Assembly: GCA_951406725.2 (NCBI GenBank) | Contig: OX597821.1 | Location: 104,718,001-104,782,000, forward strand | Direction: 5' to 3' | Length of the DNA stretch: 64,000 nt | Source of the DNA: Octopus vulgaris | Lineage: Eukaryota | Shown here: positions 1 to 15,205 of the stretch, one piece after another | How positions within the stretch are numbered: the first letter of the stretch is position 1 | Layout of the letters: each line of letters opens with the position of its first letter | The notes under the pieces: model-generated | Databases searched by the model: none | Told to the model about the DNA's origin: nothing | Seen by the model: the letters and a program-made list of their open reading frames with translations, nothing else | Made by a program: the position numbers and the translations under genes

Positions 1-3000
1 CTCTTCGGATACACAGGACTATACTCTGACACAGACAAGCACACCCACACCCACAAATAGAGTCGCAAACACACAAGTAGCCAAAAAAACACACACACTG
101 GAAAAAGCACACACAAACACTCACACACCTACCACAAGCACGCACACACCTACAGACACCCACGCTTCAACAAGCACACACACACCCACAAACACACACA
201 CACAGCCCCCTCCACAATCACCTAACAAAAAAAAAAGAAACACCTTCACGGCGATAAATAAAAACAATAACCCATTAAGGGAAAAAAATTAATTTACTGA
301 AATCGGCGAAAAAATATATCGCAACAGATATAAATAGTATTATATCCGAAAATGTAGAATTTTATACGATAGATAACGAGGATTATTTTGAAATTAAATC
401 TTTTGCGGAGGATGTAGGCCCGTTACAGATGAACTTTTCAAACCATCTGTACAAGCAATTCGCAAAAAAACTGACCTCGCAAAATACAACACTCACAGAC
501 AGAAAAGACGAGGGTGAAACTACACCCTCTCTTCCGTTAAAACAGTAAGTTTTAAACATTCGACTAAATTTTCACATTCTCGTTTAAACTCGGTTGTATA
601 AATATTCGCGGCCTGGGGTCGTATTGGAAGCAAGGCTACCTCCTTAACGACCTTAGGTCGCATCGTTTGGATGTAGTGGTAATTACCGAATCCAGACTGA
701 GTGGGCTGCAGGCTTTTTCGCCCCTTCTAAACGGCTACGAGAAATACATTTCTCCCTGTCGACCTGGAGGGGAGGAGGAGTGGCAGTGCTGGTCAGGAAA
801 AACCTGGATTTAGAGATTAGAACTGTCTTTATAGATCCGGAAGGCAGGTTGGTCGTTTTGGATGTGACGCACAGCAGTGGTAAAGTGTTCAGGCTGGTCG
901 CTGTCTATGCTCCCTGCGAAGGAAAAGCCGGGCAGAAAGAGTATTTCAAAAGCCTAGAGAATTTTCTTGGCACGTCGAACACGTTAGTATTGCTAGGTGA
1001 CTTCAACATAATTTGCGATGCAAGCGTAGATTATGTTGGCTCAAGAAAGAATACGAGGGGATTACCTCACCTCAACGATATGCTAAGTCGTTTCGAATTG
1101 GCAGATAGATTCAGACTGGACCATCCAGACATTCCAGAGTGGACCTGGGCAAGAAACGACGGGTCGTCCAGATCTTATATCGATAGAATCATAACTAGAA
1201 GGAAAGATAAGAAAATACTTAGCTGTCCACAACACCATATCGTCAGCTACAGCGATCACAAATTAGTGACCTGTACGCTCGACATAGATAGCATGTGTAG
1301 ACGAGGTACCGGCTACTGGAAGCTAAACAAGTCACTATTGGACTGTGAAGCCTACAGGAATCGGATTAAACAATTAGTAATGAGGGCGTTAACCGGATCC
1401 ATTATCAACAATAAATGGTGGTACGCCCTGAAAAGAGCCATCAAATTTGAGTCAATTAGCAAAGAACTAGCTAGTGCTAGAAACAAAGTAGAAAAGGAAC
1501 TAGTTAAGGCTATAGAGGAGGCAATGAGGTCAGGCTGTGCATCGAAAGTGTTAGCGGCGAGGTTAGCACTAGACCAACATATCCAAGCTAAACATGAAGG
1601 GTGCATTATTAGGGCTAAGATCCGTGCAATGAGACAGGAAGGGATCAACGCAGCCGGATGGGCCCGGGTGGTAGAGGGCCAGCGTGGCAACAACTCAACC
1701 ATTCGATCCTTGACGGGCCCAAATGGTCGATTAGTAAACGAACCCGAGGAGATGTGCAAGGTGTTTCATGATCATTTCGCCCAGCTATTCGGGAGGAGCG
1801 GCGAGCTGGAGCGCGGGGAGAAGCTCGCAGACTTCCTAGCCGGTTCGCCGCGTCTATCGGGGCCGGACGCGGAATCTTGTGAGGCGCCGATCACAGCCAA
1901 AGAAGTCGAGGATATGTTGGCAGAATGCGGCGGGGACAAATCGCCGGGACTCGATGGTCTGCCTTACGAACTCTATAGTAGCATGCCAGACTTGTTTGGG
2001 CACCTACTTGCATGCGTGTACACCAACTGGCAGCAGAACGGGAGAATTCCTAAGTCTGTGAGCCGAGGGGTGGTAGCGTTGTTAAGAAAGGACCCAAACA
2101 AGGGGGATTTAATTGATAATTTCCGGCCTATCACTCTGCTTAACGCAGAGTTGAAGATCTTGGCCAAGGTCTTAGCAAAAAGGTTGGCGAGGGTCGTGGG
2201 TGAACTTGTTGGCGAGGCGCAAACTTGCGCCATCCCTGGAAGGACCATCCACGACAATCTCCACTTTCTACGCTATGCCTTAGAAAGGGTAAATAGGATT
2301 CCTGGCAAGGGTGGGGCTATGGTCCACTTGGACCAATCGAAAGCGTTTGATAGAGTGGACCATCAGTATCTGGCGGCGGTCCTCGCGGCGGTTGGCTTCG
2401 GCCCGACCTTCCGCGGATGGATCATCGCTTTATACAGCAACATCGAATCGGTAGTTCGGGTAAATGGTTTCCTTTCGGAGCCGTTCAGCATTGAACGTTC
2501 GGTACGGCAAGGGTGTCCTCTCTCCCCGCTTCTCTACGTTTTGGCCCTCGAGCCGTTGCTGAGGAGGTTGGAAACTATGAGAGGCACTCCGCAAGATCTA
2601 GGGTGCGGAAAGTCAGCTTCGGCGTATGCGGACGACATCACCGTCATCGTTTCCCGAGTCGAGCACCTACAGTGGGTGGGTGAGACCTTAAGGGACTACG
2701 AAGCGGTGGCAGGAGCGAAAGTCAACCGGGATAAATCGGTCGGCTTGCAACTCGGCACCTGGAGGGGCAAGTCGATGTCTTCCGACAGCGTCGTAGGACG
2801 TTAGACGGAAGGACCGGTGAAAATGCTTGGGATCTGGTTAGGTCCAGATCTCCAGATAGAGAAGAATTGGAGCGAGGTGGCGACAAAGGTGGCTCTCCTA
2901 ACTCAGACATGGTCTGAACGGAATCTGTCCTTGAAAGGGAAGGCGGAGGTTGCAGAAGTGTTTATCGCCTCTGTAATCACTTACCGCCTAACCGTAGTGC

Positions 3001-4189
3001 CTTGCCCCGATTCGTGGCTGAACAAACTGGAACGCATGCTCTTTCGCTTTTTGTGGAGGGGCAGCAGACCTCTTGTAAGGCGCTCTATTTGCTGCAAAAG
3101 CCGCTGAACGGTGGGTTAGGGATGCCGTGGCTAAAAATGCGCAGACATGCACTCAGGCTTAGGCACCTCTGGATTTACCTGGACGGTGAGCAGGTGTGGT
3201 CTCCGTTTGTCAAGCTGTTATTTCCACAGTTCACATCGTTTAACGAACTGAACCCATGGATCAAGTGTAGACCGAGGTTGGGCATGTGGCATGCAGAGTG
3301 CTATCAGGCACTCGTGCTTCTCTCCCAGTCGGGCAACGCCGGTGGCGGGGCTACTACCGCGTTCTTCTATAGAGGGTTAGTAGAGTTTAAGTGTGACGAC
3401 GTCCTAGGAGAAACTCTGGGCTTCGACGAAAATCAACTGGCCAGCCTGTTCCAAAGAACATTCGGTCCGGGGCCTATGGATAATTACCAAAAGTCCCTGG
3501 CCTGGCAATGTTACAGAGGAGCTTTACCGGTTCGAGATAAGCTCTTTAGACATGGGTGTGCACCTTCGCCGGTTTGGGCAAGATGTAAGAGGGACAGTGA
3601 AACTGTCCTGCACGCGATTGTGCAATGCCCCAAGGTGACTGAACTCTGGACTTATGTCGAACACCTGCTGTCGCATTCGAGAAGAGTACAACTGTCGAGC
3701 GAATCTGTAATTAAGATAGTTCCGCCGACCTTCCTGAATAGGGAGGAGCGAGCCTGTTTTCTTTCGGTAGTTGCTATGGCGAAAGAAGTAGTGTGGAAGA
3801 CGAGAGTAAAAGGAATTGCAACAGGCATGTTTATCTCCAGTCTCGAGCTAATCGACTTTTTCGTTTTCCACATGAAACGGAAAATAAGGCTGGAGAAGAA
3901 ATGCCTGTCGCAAAGTGTGTTTCGTAAAAGATGGAAGTCTATAGCAAGTATGTTGCGAGTGAAAGAACCTATTTAATCGAGAATGTAAAAAAGGATAAAG
4001 CAAAGTCTTCAGTGTGAGTATGTGGTTTGTGGGGTCGACCGCGTCCTCCGCTTCATTTTTTGTTAATCACTCATTCTCATTTAATTGTATATATATTAAT
4101 TGTTTGTTTATTCATGTTCGTCTCATTCGATACCCTGACCCCAACGTTTGTTTTGTCCCCTCTTTTTCTCAACCTTATGGTGAATAAAG

Positions 4190-4194
<5 letters not shown>
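1..4194 (+). mobile_element. Tx1-type (L1 clade) non-LTR retrotransposon, copy 1 (5' part outside window)
   Basis: Thr/His-rich ORF1 tail at 1-~548, then ORF2 with APE, RT and C-terminal Cys/His region. 3' UTR ends in AATAAAGAAATA directly followed by (CT)n. Confidence 0.92.
583..3976 (+). pseudogene. Tx1 ORF2 (APE endonuclease + RT), disrupted
   Basis: Motifs KLGCINIRGL, LLGDFN, SYIDRI, YSDH, KSPGLDGLP, FRPITLLN, DQSKAFDRVDH, VRQGCPLSP, YADD, GGLGMP. Frameshift near 775, TAG stop at 2802-2804, frameshift near 3100 (track ORFs 780-2804, 2817-3107, 3002-3976). Confidence 0.92.
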
Positions 4195-4224
<30 letters not shown>

Positions 4225-4508
4225 GGACGAGCTGTCACTTCGACTCCGAAGGTAATCGTTTATTTTGACTATTTATAGCCCAATTTTTGTGTACATTTTT
4301 GCAAATAAGGTGTGTAAGGCAACCAACTTTCGTTTGAGTGCTTTTCCAAGGGAGGAATTCGCCCCTAGGGGCAGTTTTAACCCCATTTCATTTCTGTAAT
4401 TTTCTTCTCGACATTAGAAAATGTCTGGTCGCGTTCTTTTATGGAACAACATTTTCCTAGTCTGGAAACGATAGAGAAAAAAAGAACGTACGTACGGAAA
4501 TTGCAAAT

Positions 4509-6266
4509 ATGAATATCGGTAAAATGAACGCTGCAACCACGTGCGGTAACAGCCCTGTCACCACCGCTACCACCACCACTAACAACAGCAACCACGAGAC
4601 TAATACTGCTACCACCACCTCCACCACCACCACTACCACGACCAACATAAATGAAAATTCGCACGAAAACTATTGACAACAACAACAGCAACAACAAGAA
4701 CAACAATAAAAATGAACTATCTAATAGTGAAGATGTTAATATAAAAAAATCAACAACAGTAAATTTCGCGGACACTCTTCGCCAGAAGAAGGAAATAGTA
4801 ACATTCACAAATGAAGAGCTCATAGAAACAAGAGCTCTCTTTACAACCCGTGGACAAGATTTAGTGCTGCATACACCTCAACATATAAAGCAAGAAATAG
4901 AAAATAAGACAATTGTATATAAAATTATTAGAAAAAACAAAAAACTAAATGAACAGATTACAAAAACTGATGTGGAAAAATGTTTAAAAAACATAATGAA
5001 AGAAAAAGAGTATATAAACTGGGGTCCCCAGTTTAACACAGTAGTGGTCCGCTTCCCTAACCAGGAAGTGGCAAAAGCTCACTCTACTGAGTCTCTGGGA
5101 AATGATGAAATCATCATGGTCCCATACTACAAAAACCAGAGAGTAAGTCGAATCACAACTAAAAATGTACCTCCCGAGCTTCCTAACAAATGGATAACAG
5201 GGGCAATCTGTTACCATTTAAAAAATATTAATATTTTGGAGACCGCCGTGTACCCTGGCGACATTTGGGGTGGGAAAACAATAGTGGTGACCATCCAGAT
5301 TGAGGGGGCCTCTATCGAGAGCCTACCAGATAAGATCCGCTTGGAGAATGGGCAATGCCTATATGTTGTGGCAGAAGGCAAAAAGCCTAGATGCTACAAA
5401 TGTGGCAGCCCCGAACATTTGATTGCCAAGTGCGATCTGGTACAGAAAAAACAAGAAAGAACAAATCAGAAAACAAATAAAATCCCTTTGTTGCCAACAC
5501 CAACACCAACACACTCAATTATGGAACAATGCCAAGAAAAACAACAAACCAGCAAACAAACCCCAACAACATCAACAAGAAAAACAGTACCAACACAATC
5601 ACAGTTGACTTCACAACCAATTAAACCTGTTGAATTAACAAAAAATAGACCCACGCCCACACCCAGGACGACAATTAAAAAGACAGAAAACACTGACGAG
5701 AAGACAAATGCTACCCCTAACACCACAACAACACAAACACCGCACAAAACATCAACAATTTATACAAGCATACATAGTAATGCAAATGCTTTGCCTCTAC
5801 CCCATACTGATACGTCGGACGACGAAAGTTCGACGGAATGGCAAATAGCCACAGGGGTAAAAGAAAAAGATCCAAAAAATCCACCAAACAAGGAAGTAAA
5901 GCAGGGAGATATCTAACTCAGGACAACATCCCCCTAGACAATCAAAAAAGTAATGAACCCGTAAAACCACACACATAACTAACTGCAATAGACACAGACA
6001 ATAAAGAATTAATGGACTACATCAAATCTAACATGGACATCTGTGAAGATGACTTTAAGACAAACAATCATCCGCACACCACACCACCGAAACACATCAG
6101 AATTTTACACATAACACAAGCAGAACACCACATACTGAAAACAATATTTCCGAATGCGGTAGGGGGGTATCAACGATACCTGTCGAAAAAACTATACAAA
6201 CACCTCATCAAAAACAATACAAAAGAAGAAGAACAAAAAAATGAAACTTTTAAAATGAGTAAGTGA
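4509..6266 (+). pseudogene. Tx1 ORF1 (gag-like, CCHC zinc knuckle), frameshifted
   Basis: Main frame 4651-5916 has CYKCGSPEHLIAKC (CX2CX4HX4C) and a Thr/Pro/Gln-rich linker. The upstream Thr-rich frame from ATG 4509 and the downstream piece 6012-6266 are in other frames. The end (AVGGYQRYLSKKLYKHL) resembles the ORF1 end of copy 1 (DVGPLQMNFSNHLYKQF). Confidence 0.8.
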
Positions 6267-6323
6267 CCTCACTTCTTGCCTCTTGTCTCTTCTAATATAG
6301 AGTGTAAAACACAATTTTCGTAA

Positions 6324-9300
6324 ATGTCAAGTATGCTTAAATTAGGTTGTGTGAATGCGCGTGGCTTGGCGTCGGCTTGGAAGCAAGGTTACCTTCTAAA
6401 CGACATCAAGTCACTGGACGTGGATATAGTAGCTATCATTGAAACCAGACTCAGTAAGCCGCGGGCCCTCGAGTCCATGTTTGGCAATCAATTTGACATT
6501 TATTTTTCTCCCTGTCTGCCGAACATGGGTGGTGGAGGTACTGCGGTGCTTTTTCGAAAGAGTCTAAAGGTAAAAGTAAGAGTAATATTCCTAGACCCGG
6601 AGGGTAGGCTGGTTGTCTTGGACGTGGATGGCAGAAATGGGTGTGCATTCCGTCTAATGGCAGTTTATGCACCGTCCTTAACGAGTCGGGCGGATTTCTT
6701 CAGACGTCTAGAGGTTTTCCTGGGTACGTCTAAACCTTTACTGTTAGTAGGGGATTGGAACGCTACCTTGGACACGCATCTAGATTATGTGGGAAGGGAT
6801 AGGAATAGAAGGGGGTGTAAGAGCCTCTAAGACCTGCTCAGACGTTTCCATTTGTCTGACAGGTTCCGACTCGACCATCCGAACGTGCCAACGTGGACTT
6901 GGACAAACCGCGTCGGATCGTCGAAATCTTATCTAGATAGAATTCTATGCAGGACAGCGGATAGGGATAGTGTAGGATGTCCACAATTTAAAATAGTCAG
7001 CTACACAGATCACAAATTTGTTACGTGTACGCTCGACTTAGATAAAACACATAGGCAGGGTCCCGGTTACTGGAAACTGAACACGTCGCTGTTAGCGCGA
7101 CAGGTTTACAGGAACCGGATTAGCGAGTTAATTAAGAGGGAGCTGACGGGAGCGGTCGTTAACAACCGCTGGTGGTACGCCCTGAAAATGGCAATAAAAT
7201 CGGAATCAATTAGGTTTAGCAAGGAATTAGCGATAGAACAAAATAGAGTAGAGGGAGACTTAGTTAAGAAACTAGAAGAGGCACTTACCACTGGCAGCGC
7301 AACCAACGTGCTGGCTGCGAGGATGGCCCTCGACCAACATCTCAACGCCAAGCACGAAGGTTGTGTCGTCAGAGCTAAAATGCGTGCCTTAAGGAACGAA
7401 GGGATTGAAGCTGCGCGAGAGGCCCGGGTAGCGGAGGCGCAGCGTGGCAACAGATCCACCATTCGGTCTCTAATAGATCAACAGGGATGCAGTTTACTCG
7501 AACCCGAAAGGATGTGTGAGGCCTTTCACCAGCACTTTGCTCGACTGTTTGGTGCGAGTGGTGGGTCGGAACGCGGGATGGATTTCAGTGCCTACCTGAC
7601 CGACCTGTCGCGGCTCTCGGCAAGAGAAGTGGAGTGTTGTGAAAGTCCCATCACAGCCGCTGACGTGTGGGATGTGATGGCGGGCTGCGCGAGGGATAAG
7701 TCGCCTGGATTGGATGGTTTACCCTACGAGCTGTATTGTCGAATGCCAGACTTGTTTGGCGACCTCTTGGCATCAGTCTACTGCAACTGGCAACAAAACG
7801 GAAGAATCCCCGGTTTCGTGAGCCGAGGTGCAGTGACGTTGCTGAAAAAAGACTCAAACAAGGGGAATTTTATAGATAATTTCAGGACCATCACTCTGCT
7901 CAACGCAGATTTGAAAATGTTGGCCAAAGTAATAGCCGAGAGGTTGGCGCTTGTCATTGGTAAACTGGTTGACAGGGCGCAAACATGCGCCGTGCCGGGC
8001 AGAACCATACATGACAACCTCCATCTGATGCGCTACTTTGTGGACAGGGTAGTTAAGGATCCTGGCATGGGTGGGGCGCTGATAAATTTGGATCAGTCTA
8101 AAGCCTTCGATAGGGTCGACCATCGGTACTTGGCGGCCGTCCTCAGGGCGGCTGGCTTCGGTACCGTCTTCCGCGGTTGGATCGCTGCCTTGTATAGCGG
8201 CATCCGATCGGTGATTCGGGTGAACGGTCACCTGTCGAAACCGTTTGACATCACGCTTTCGGTCCGTCAGGGGTGTCCCCTGTCGGCGCTTCTGTATGTA
8301 TTGACTCTCGAGCCGCTACTGCGGAAGCTGGCGACACTGAGGGGCATCCCACGGGAACTGAGTTGCGGGACGAGCGTGTCGGCATCTGCGGACGATGTCA
8401 CCGTCATAGTGTCGAGCGACAAACACATCAAGATGATAGGCGAGACACTAAGAAAATACGAAACGGTGACGGGAGCAAAGATTAACCCGGAAAAGTCAGT
8501 GGGTTTGCTACTCGGCACCTGGAGAAGCAAGCCCATGCCGTCCGACTGCGGCTCAGTAGTGGGACGCTGGACGGACGGACCGGTTAAATTGCTCGGGGTC
8601 TGGTTCAGTCCGGACCTCCAAATGAATAAGAACTGGGACGAGATCACGAGTAGAGTGGTCGCTCTCAGCCAAACATGGGCCGAGAGAAAGCTGTCTCTAA
8701 AAGGCCGGGCGGAGGTGGCGAACGCGTACATCGCATCCGTCATCGATTACCGCCTGACCGTCGTACCCTGTCCCGACGCCACCATCACCAAACTGGAACG
8801 CATACTCTTCCGCTTACTGTGGAAGGGTGGCGTTCCGATGGTGAGGAAGTCCATTTGCTGTCAACATCCGTTGATTGGAGGACTGGGCATGCCGTGGTTG
8901 ATGATGCGCAGGCATGCGCTGAGACTGCGACATCTCTGGAAATTCATCGACGACGGTGAACAGGTGTGGGCGCCGTTTGTGAGGCGCGACTTCCCGCAGC
9001 TCGTCTCACTGACCGAACTGCAAACGTGGATCAAAGAGAGACCGAAACTGGGCGATTGGCACCGAGAGTGTCGCCAAGCTCTACAGCAGCTCTGCCGACC
9101 GGGGTCAAACTTGTGCAACTTACAAACGACTAAAGCGTTCTATAGAGGACTAGTGGAAGGGAGGTCCGACGACACACTCGGGGCAAACCTGGGCGTCGAC
9201 GAAGAATTCCTAACCCGCCTGTTCAGGACGACGTTCGGGCCGGGGCCTATGGATGACTTCCAGAAATCCCTGGCTTGGTAGTGCTATCGAGACGCACTAC

Positions 9301-9773
9301 CTGTTCGAGAGTAGAGCTACAGACACGGTTCGAAAACCATCACCGGACCGACCTGCCCGAGATGCGGTCAGAGCGACGAAACCGTTCTGCACGCACTTGT
9401 GCAGTGTCCAGATATTTCAGAGCTGTGGTCCTTCGTCGAACAGCTGTTGTCACGTGTAGGTCAGGCTCGCCTATTGGCCGAGTCTATCGAGAATATTGTT
9501 CCACCACCTTCCTTTAAACGGGAAGGGAAAACGGTTTTCGTTACGCTGATGGCTATGGCGAAAGAATGTGTGTGGTGGACGCGTTTGAAAGGACTGCAAA
9601 CAAACACCTTCCTCTCTGGTCAGTCTCTCGTCAACTTTTTCAAGTACCACTTGAAAAGGAGGATGAGAATAGAGAGGAAGGCTTTGTCGAACGAATGTTT
9701 TAATAAAAAGTGGGTAAAAGTGGCAAAAATGGTCAGTATGAAAGACGACACTATTTTAAGCATAAATCTGTAA
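6324..9773 (+). pseudogene. Tx1 ORF2 (APE + RT + CCHC), single frame with nonsense codons
   Basis: Motifs LGCVNARGL, VGDWN, SYLDRI, YTDH, DQSKAFDRVDH, RQGCPLS, CPRC..ETVLHALVQC. In-frame stops at 6828, 9279 and 9312. YADD is mutated to SADD. Confidence 0.92.
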
Positions 9774-9893
9774 CCAAAAGAGACAACGAGAAGTAAGGCG
9801 ACTTACTCATGTGTTCTTTTTCGAATTGTCTGAGGTGACCTTGGTCTTTTTTGTAGGTTTTTCTTTCCAAGGCTACACCTAAACTGTGAACCT

Positions 9894-9940
<47 letters not shown>

Positions 9941-10093
9941 TGCTTTTTTATACACCACACAACCCACAGATCCCTATTGATCAAAAGTTTTTTTTTTGTG
10001 CCCCACCCATCCCACCTCGAAAAGAAAAAAATTCTACATTGTATTTCGTCCATTTTTATTCTCTGTTTAGCCCTGTGTGGCTACAATAAAAAG

Positions 10094-10153
<60 letters not shown>

Positions 10154-10223
10154 ATATCTATATATCTATCTATCTATCCATCCATCCATCCATCCATCCA
10201 TCCATCCATCCATCCACCCATCC

Positions 10224-10961
<738 letters not shown>

Positions 10962-11006
10962 GAAGCTTTATGAAAATAGACAAAAGACGAAGGCAGGTGG
11001 AAAACA

Positions 11007-11067
<61 letters not shown>

Positions 11068-11115
11068 GTACCAGGAAAATAAATACGTAAATCATTATCT
11101 GAATGAAACTATCTC

Positions 11116-11617
11116 GCTAATGAAGTTCAGCGAGATAGTCTCAATGAGAATCCCTGGTGTAGGATTATGTGCTGTCGAATTATTGGTTCACTTTTCTTCA
11201 ACGTGAGATCGATTACCGAAAGTATCTACCTTGACTTTTTGACAGAATATGTGGCAGTACAACTCCAGGAATTCAACCGACTATCATTTTTCCAGCAAGA
11301 TGGCATCTCACCACATTAGGGACTGCATAATCGGGAGTTCCTCAATCAAACATATCCAAAACATTAGATTGGAAAGGATAAGCCAATTCTGTAGCCACCA
11401 CGTTCACCAGATATCAGGCCTCTAGATTCCTTTCTACGTGGCTGTGTTAAAGATTACATGTATCGAACAAAGATACGGAACATTAGCGAGCAAAAGCAAA
11501 CGGTAACAGATTCGACTGCAAACATGGATGAGGCTATGCAACAGCAAACATGGCAAGAAATCGATTACCGTATTGATGTGCTTTGCGCGAATAATGTTAC
11601 CCATATAAAGGAGTACT
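11116..11617 (+). mobile_element. Partial duplicate of the Tc1/mariner transposase at 13195-13687
   Basis: Near-identical to 13195-13687, sharing the same inactivating TAG codons. FQQDG and PPRSPD motifs present. Confidence 0.85.
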
Positions 11618-11722
11618 AGGCTAACAAAGAAGAAGTACTGAGGTCGATTTGCTCGACTAAAGGCGGTGCTTCAGCATGACCGCAGTCAAATGACTGAAAC
11701 AAGTGAAAGAGTAAAAAGAGTA
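11618..11722 (+). mobile_element. 3' fragment of SINE family A
   Basis: GTCGATTTGCTCGACTAAAGGCGGTGCT..TGACTGAAACAAGT tail shared with 19220-19703. Confidence 0.7.
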
Positions 11723-12360
11723 AACGTACCATTGCCAAACTTTACATGTGATTATTTCTTCCGATTGTAGATATACTTTTCAAACATATTTATATATATA
11801 TATATATAGGGTAAGTTTACGAAAAAAACAATAAAAGACGAAGACTGGTGGTGTTTCGAGCCTGCGCTCTTCTACAGAAAGGGACACAGAAAACAATGAG
11901 GGAAAAAATGTATGTAGTGACTAACGATCTATATATATATATATACGTACCAAGAAAATAAATACGTAAATCATTATCTGAAGCAAATATAAACCACGAT
12001 TTTTCGAGCTAACACATACAGTAAAGGCGTCAGGTGTACTGTAGTACTTTTACTAAATTCTGACTAACATGCTGATGGGTTTCATATTTGCGGTAATTGA
12101 AAATTTAATGAATATCCATAACTTCATTGCGGAAAACGATCCTATTTAAACTTCGTGTTCGAATGCATTAACTAATCTAGTTTCTGTTACGTACACTTTA
12201 TATTTCCTTAGACAATTCTATATGAGCTGGAAGATATCCCATTTAAAATTTCAAACAGCAATTATTCTGAATGCATATCAGATATGAGATATTACTATTC
12301 ATCCACAAACACCCATCCACCTACATATGCTTATATATACACATACATGTGTATATATAC

Positions 12361-12415
<55 letters not shown>

Positions 12416-12463
12416 TATACATATATATACATATACATACATATACATACATACATACATACA

Positions 12464-12505
<42 letters not shown>

Positions 12506-13807
12506 CATGTTGTTCATAAAATCTTTTTACAATTTAAAAAAAAAATATTAAAAAGGCTATTGATGAGATATCTTATTCAGACTTCTTCGGTTGTGCTCAG
12601 TGGTTTTCATTTTAAAAAGATCACATTGCACTTTCGTGTTTCAGCATTCTGCAGATTAAAGAGGTATTATCTCTGTATGAACCCCTAAGAAATGGTTACT
12701 CCCCAAGAGAAGGCATGCTGTGTGTCGTGGTTTACTGAGACAAAAACGGATGCGCAAGCTCAACGATACTACAGAACAAAGTATGGAAGAAATTCACCAT
12801 TACGTACGGTAATTCGTGCATGGCACAAAATATTATGGTGACAGAGACAGAGACAGATAGAAAGAGGAGTGGGCGACGAAGAACATCTGAGGAAGGCGTT
12901 GATCGTGTTAGAGCAATTTTCTTCTCGTTCTCACACAAATCCTTCCGTACTGGTGCCAGGCAGTTAGAGCTACAATATCTTACACAAGAATCAGCGTTTG
13001 TACGCTTCCAAAATCAGCTCCAACAGGTAAACGAGCCAAGACGATAACAGTTTGCAGTTCACCTGATAAAACTAATTTCTGAAGATGAAACATTCCTCAG
13101 GCGAGTTTGTCTTAGTGATGAGGCAACCTTTCATGTTTCATTGAAACTGAACAAACACAATGTGAGTATCTGGGGATCAGAACACCCACACGTTGCTAAA
13201 GTTCAGCGAGATAGTCTCAATGTGAATCCCTGGAGTAGGATTATGTGCTGTCGAATTATTGGTTCACTTTTCTTCAACCTGAGATCGATTACCGAAAATG
13301 TCTACCTTGACTTTTTGACAGAATATGTGGCAGTACAACTCCAGGACTTCAACCGACTATCATTGTTCCAGCAAGATGGCACCCCACCACATTGGGGACT
13401 GCATGATCGGGAGTTCCTCAATCAAACATATCCAAAACATTAGATTGGAAGGGATAAGCCAATTCTGTAGCCACCACGTTCACCAGGCCTCTTGATTCCT
13501 TTCTACGTGGCTGTGTTAAAGATAACATGTATCGAACAAAGATACAGGACATTACCGAGCAAAAGCAAACGGTAACATATTCGACTGCAACCATGGATGA
13601 GGCTATGCCACAGCGAACATGGCAAGAAATCGAGTACCGTATTCATGTGCTTTGCGCGAATAATGTTACCCACTTAAAGAAGTATTGAATGAGGTAAAAG
13701 AAAAAACTTTGCAATCCACTGAGAACAACAGAACAATGTTAATTAAGACATCTTATGAAGCGTCGCTGCAATTTTTTTAAATTGAAAAAAAAAATATAGA
13801 CACCCTG
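12506..13807 (+). mobile_element. Tc1/mariner DNA transposon, decayed transposase
   Basis: TA-flanked imperfect TIRs (CATGTTGTTCATAAAATC.. / ..ATATAGACACCCTG). Transposase relic from ATG ~12692 (MVTPQEKACCVSWF) with SDEATFH, WGSEHPH, FQQDGTPPHW and *PPRSP motifs; contains stops and frameshifts. Confidence 0.85.
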
Positions 13808-13824
13808 TATACACACACACACAC

Positions 13825-13882
<58 letters not shown>

Positions 13883-14369
13883 ATACATATAATACATATA
13901 TATATATACATATATTTTATTTTTTATTCCGAAAAAACTTTTCCTTTCCCGAAATTCGTAAAAGTCTGCCATTTACCGGATGTAATATATGTAAACTAAC
14001 CCATGTGCGTCGTTGATGTTGGTCAGTTGGCTGCCCGGCTTTGACGATGTAGGGTCGTTTATTTATGATACGTCCAGACTTGCTGATGAATAGAGAGGTA
14101 TGAAATCACAGGTGATACAAGTCCACATTTTTTAAGTGTCTTACTTTGAAAAATTGCATTCGGTTGGATTAGTAAAATTTTTGGTAGAAATGACTAATTT
14201 TGTCCCTCTTAGCATGTGGCATGTATGTATAATAATGCCCTCTATATATAATTAATATGTTCAATGAGAAAGAATTATTTTCGAAATTTTTTCTCTTATG
14301 AGGTTTTTCACGCTATCTACCCGATAATTTCTTGTTAAGTTTTCCTTATTAAGAAGTTGTCCTTAATTG

Positions 14370-14420
<51 letters not shown>

Positions 14421-14764
14421 CAATAATAAATCTCTGAACGAGGTATAGTCAGTGACTGCACGACAATGTGAAGTATATTTGCCATCTCAATATGGCTAAC
14501 CACTAAGGGTGGATGTTACTGTAGCTAGAATACTGTAGCTAGAATAATATAACACATAATATAAGCGCCATCAAATTTTCACATAATATTCTTCTTTAAC
14601 TTTACAGAAATTCAAAAGAATGTTTAATAAATTACAAACTTTGTGATTGTGGCTCTTTCGAAAAAGGCTACAAAAATCAAAAGAATGCAGAACATTAGTA
14701 GCCACCGAAGCACATGCTTACACATGTTGGTGCATTTACGTGAGTATGTATGAGTGCCTCTTCA

Positions 14765-14841
<77 letters not shown>

Positions 14842-14928
14842 GTCTTTCTATCAATTTATCTATCTATCTATCTATATATCTATCTATCTATCTATCTATC
14901 TATGTATCTATCTATCTGTCTATCTATA

Positions 14929-14989
<61 letters not shown>

Positions 14990-15011
14990 GTCTGTCTGTC
15001 TTTCTATCAAT

Positions 15012-15044
<33 letters not shown>

Positions 15045-15161
15045 AATATATCTATCTATCTATCTGTCTATCTATCTATCTATCTATCTATCTATCAACC
15101 TGTCTATCTATCTCTCTCTCTCTATGTATCTATCTATCTGTCTATCTATATATCTATCTAT

Positions 15162-15200
<39 letters not shown>
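14765..15200. repeat. (TATC)n/(TA)n compound microsatellite
   Basis: Direct reading; has internal higher-order repeats of variant units. Confidence 0.95.

Positions 15201-15205
<5 letters not shown>

Larger units (their letters stand above)
4225..10094 (+). mobile_element. Tx1-type non-LTR retrotransposon, copy 2, apparently full length (different family from copy 1)
   Basis: Begins right after (CT)n-CTAT. Contains 5' UTR, ORF1, ORF2 and a 3' UTR ending TAGCCCTGTGTGGCTACAATAAAAAG, followed by (TATC)n. Confidence 0.92.

Noticed and set aside
1352-9118. Minus-strand ORFs overlapping the Tx1 ORFs
   Set aside because: They are antisense shadows of coding sequence with no independent motifs.
11850-11880. 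GAAGAGCGCAGGCUCGAAAC motif on the minus strand (similar sequence at ~50880)
   Set aside because: It has a GAGC/GCUC hairpin plus GAAAC but no CUGANGA core or stems I/III; a ribozyme cannot be supported.
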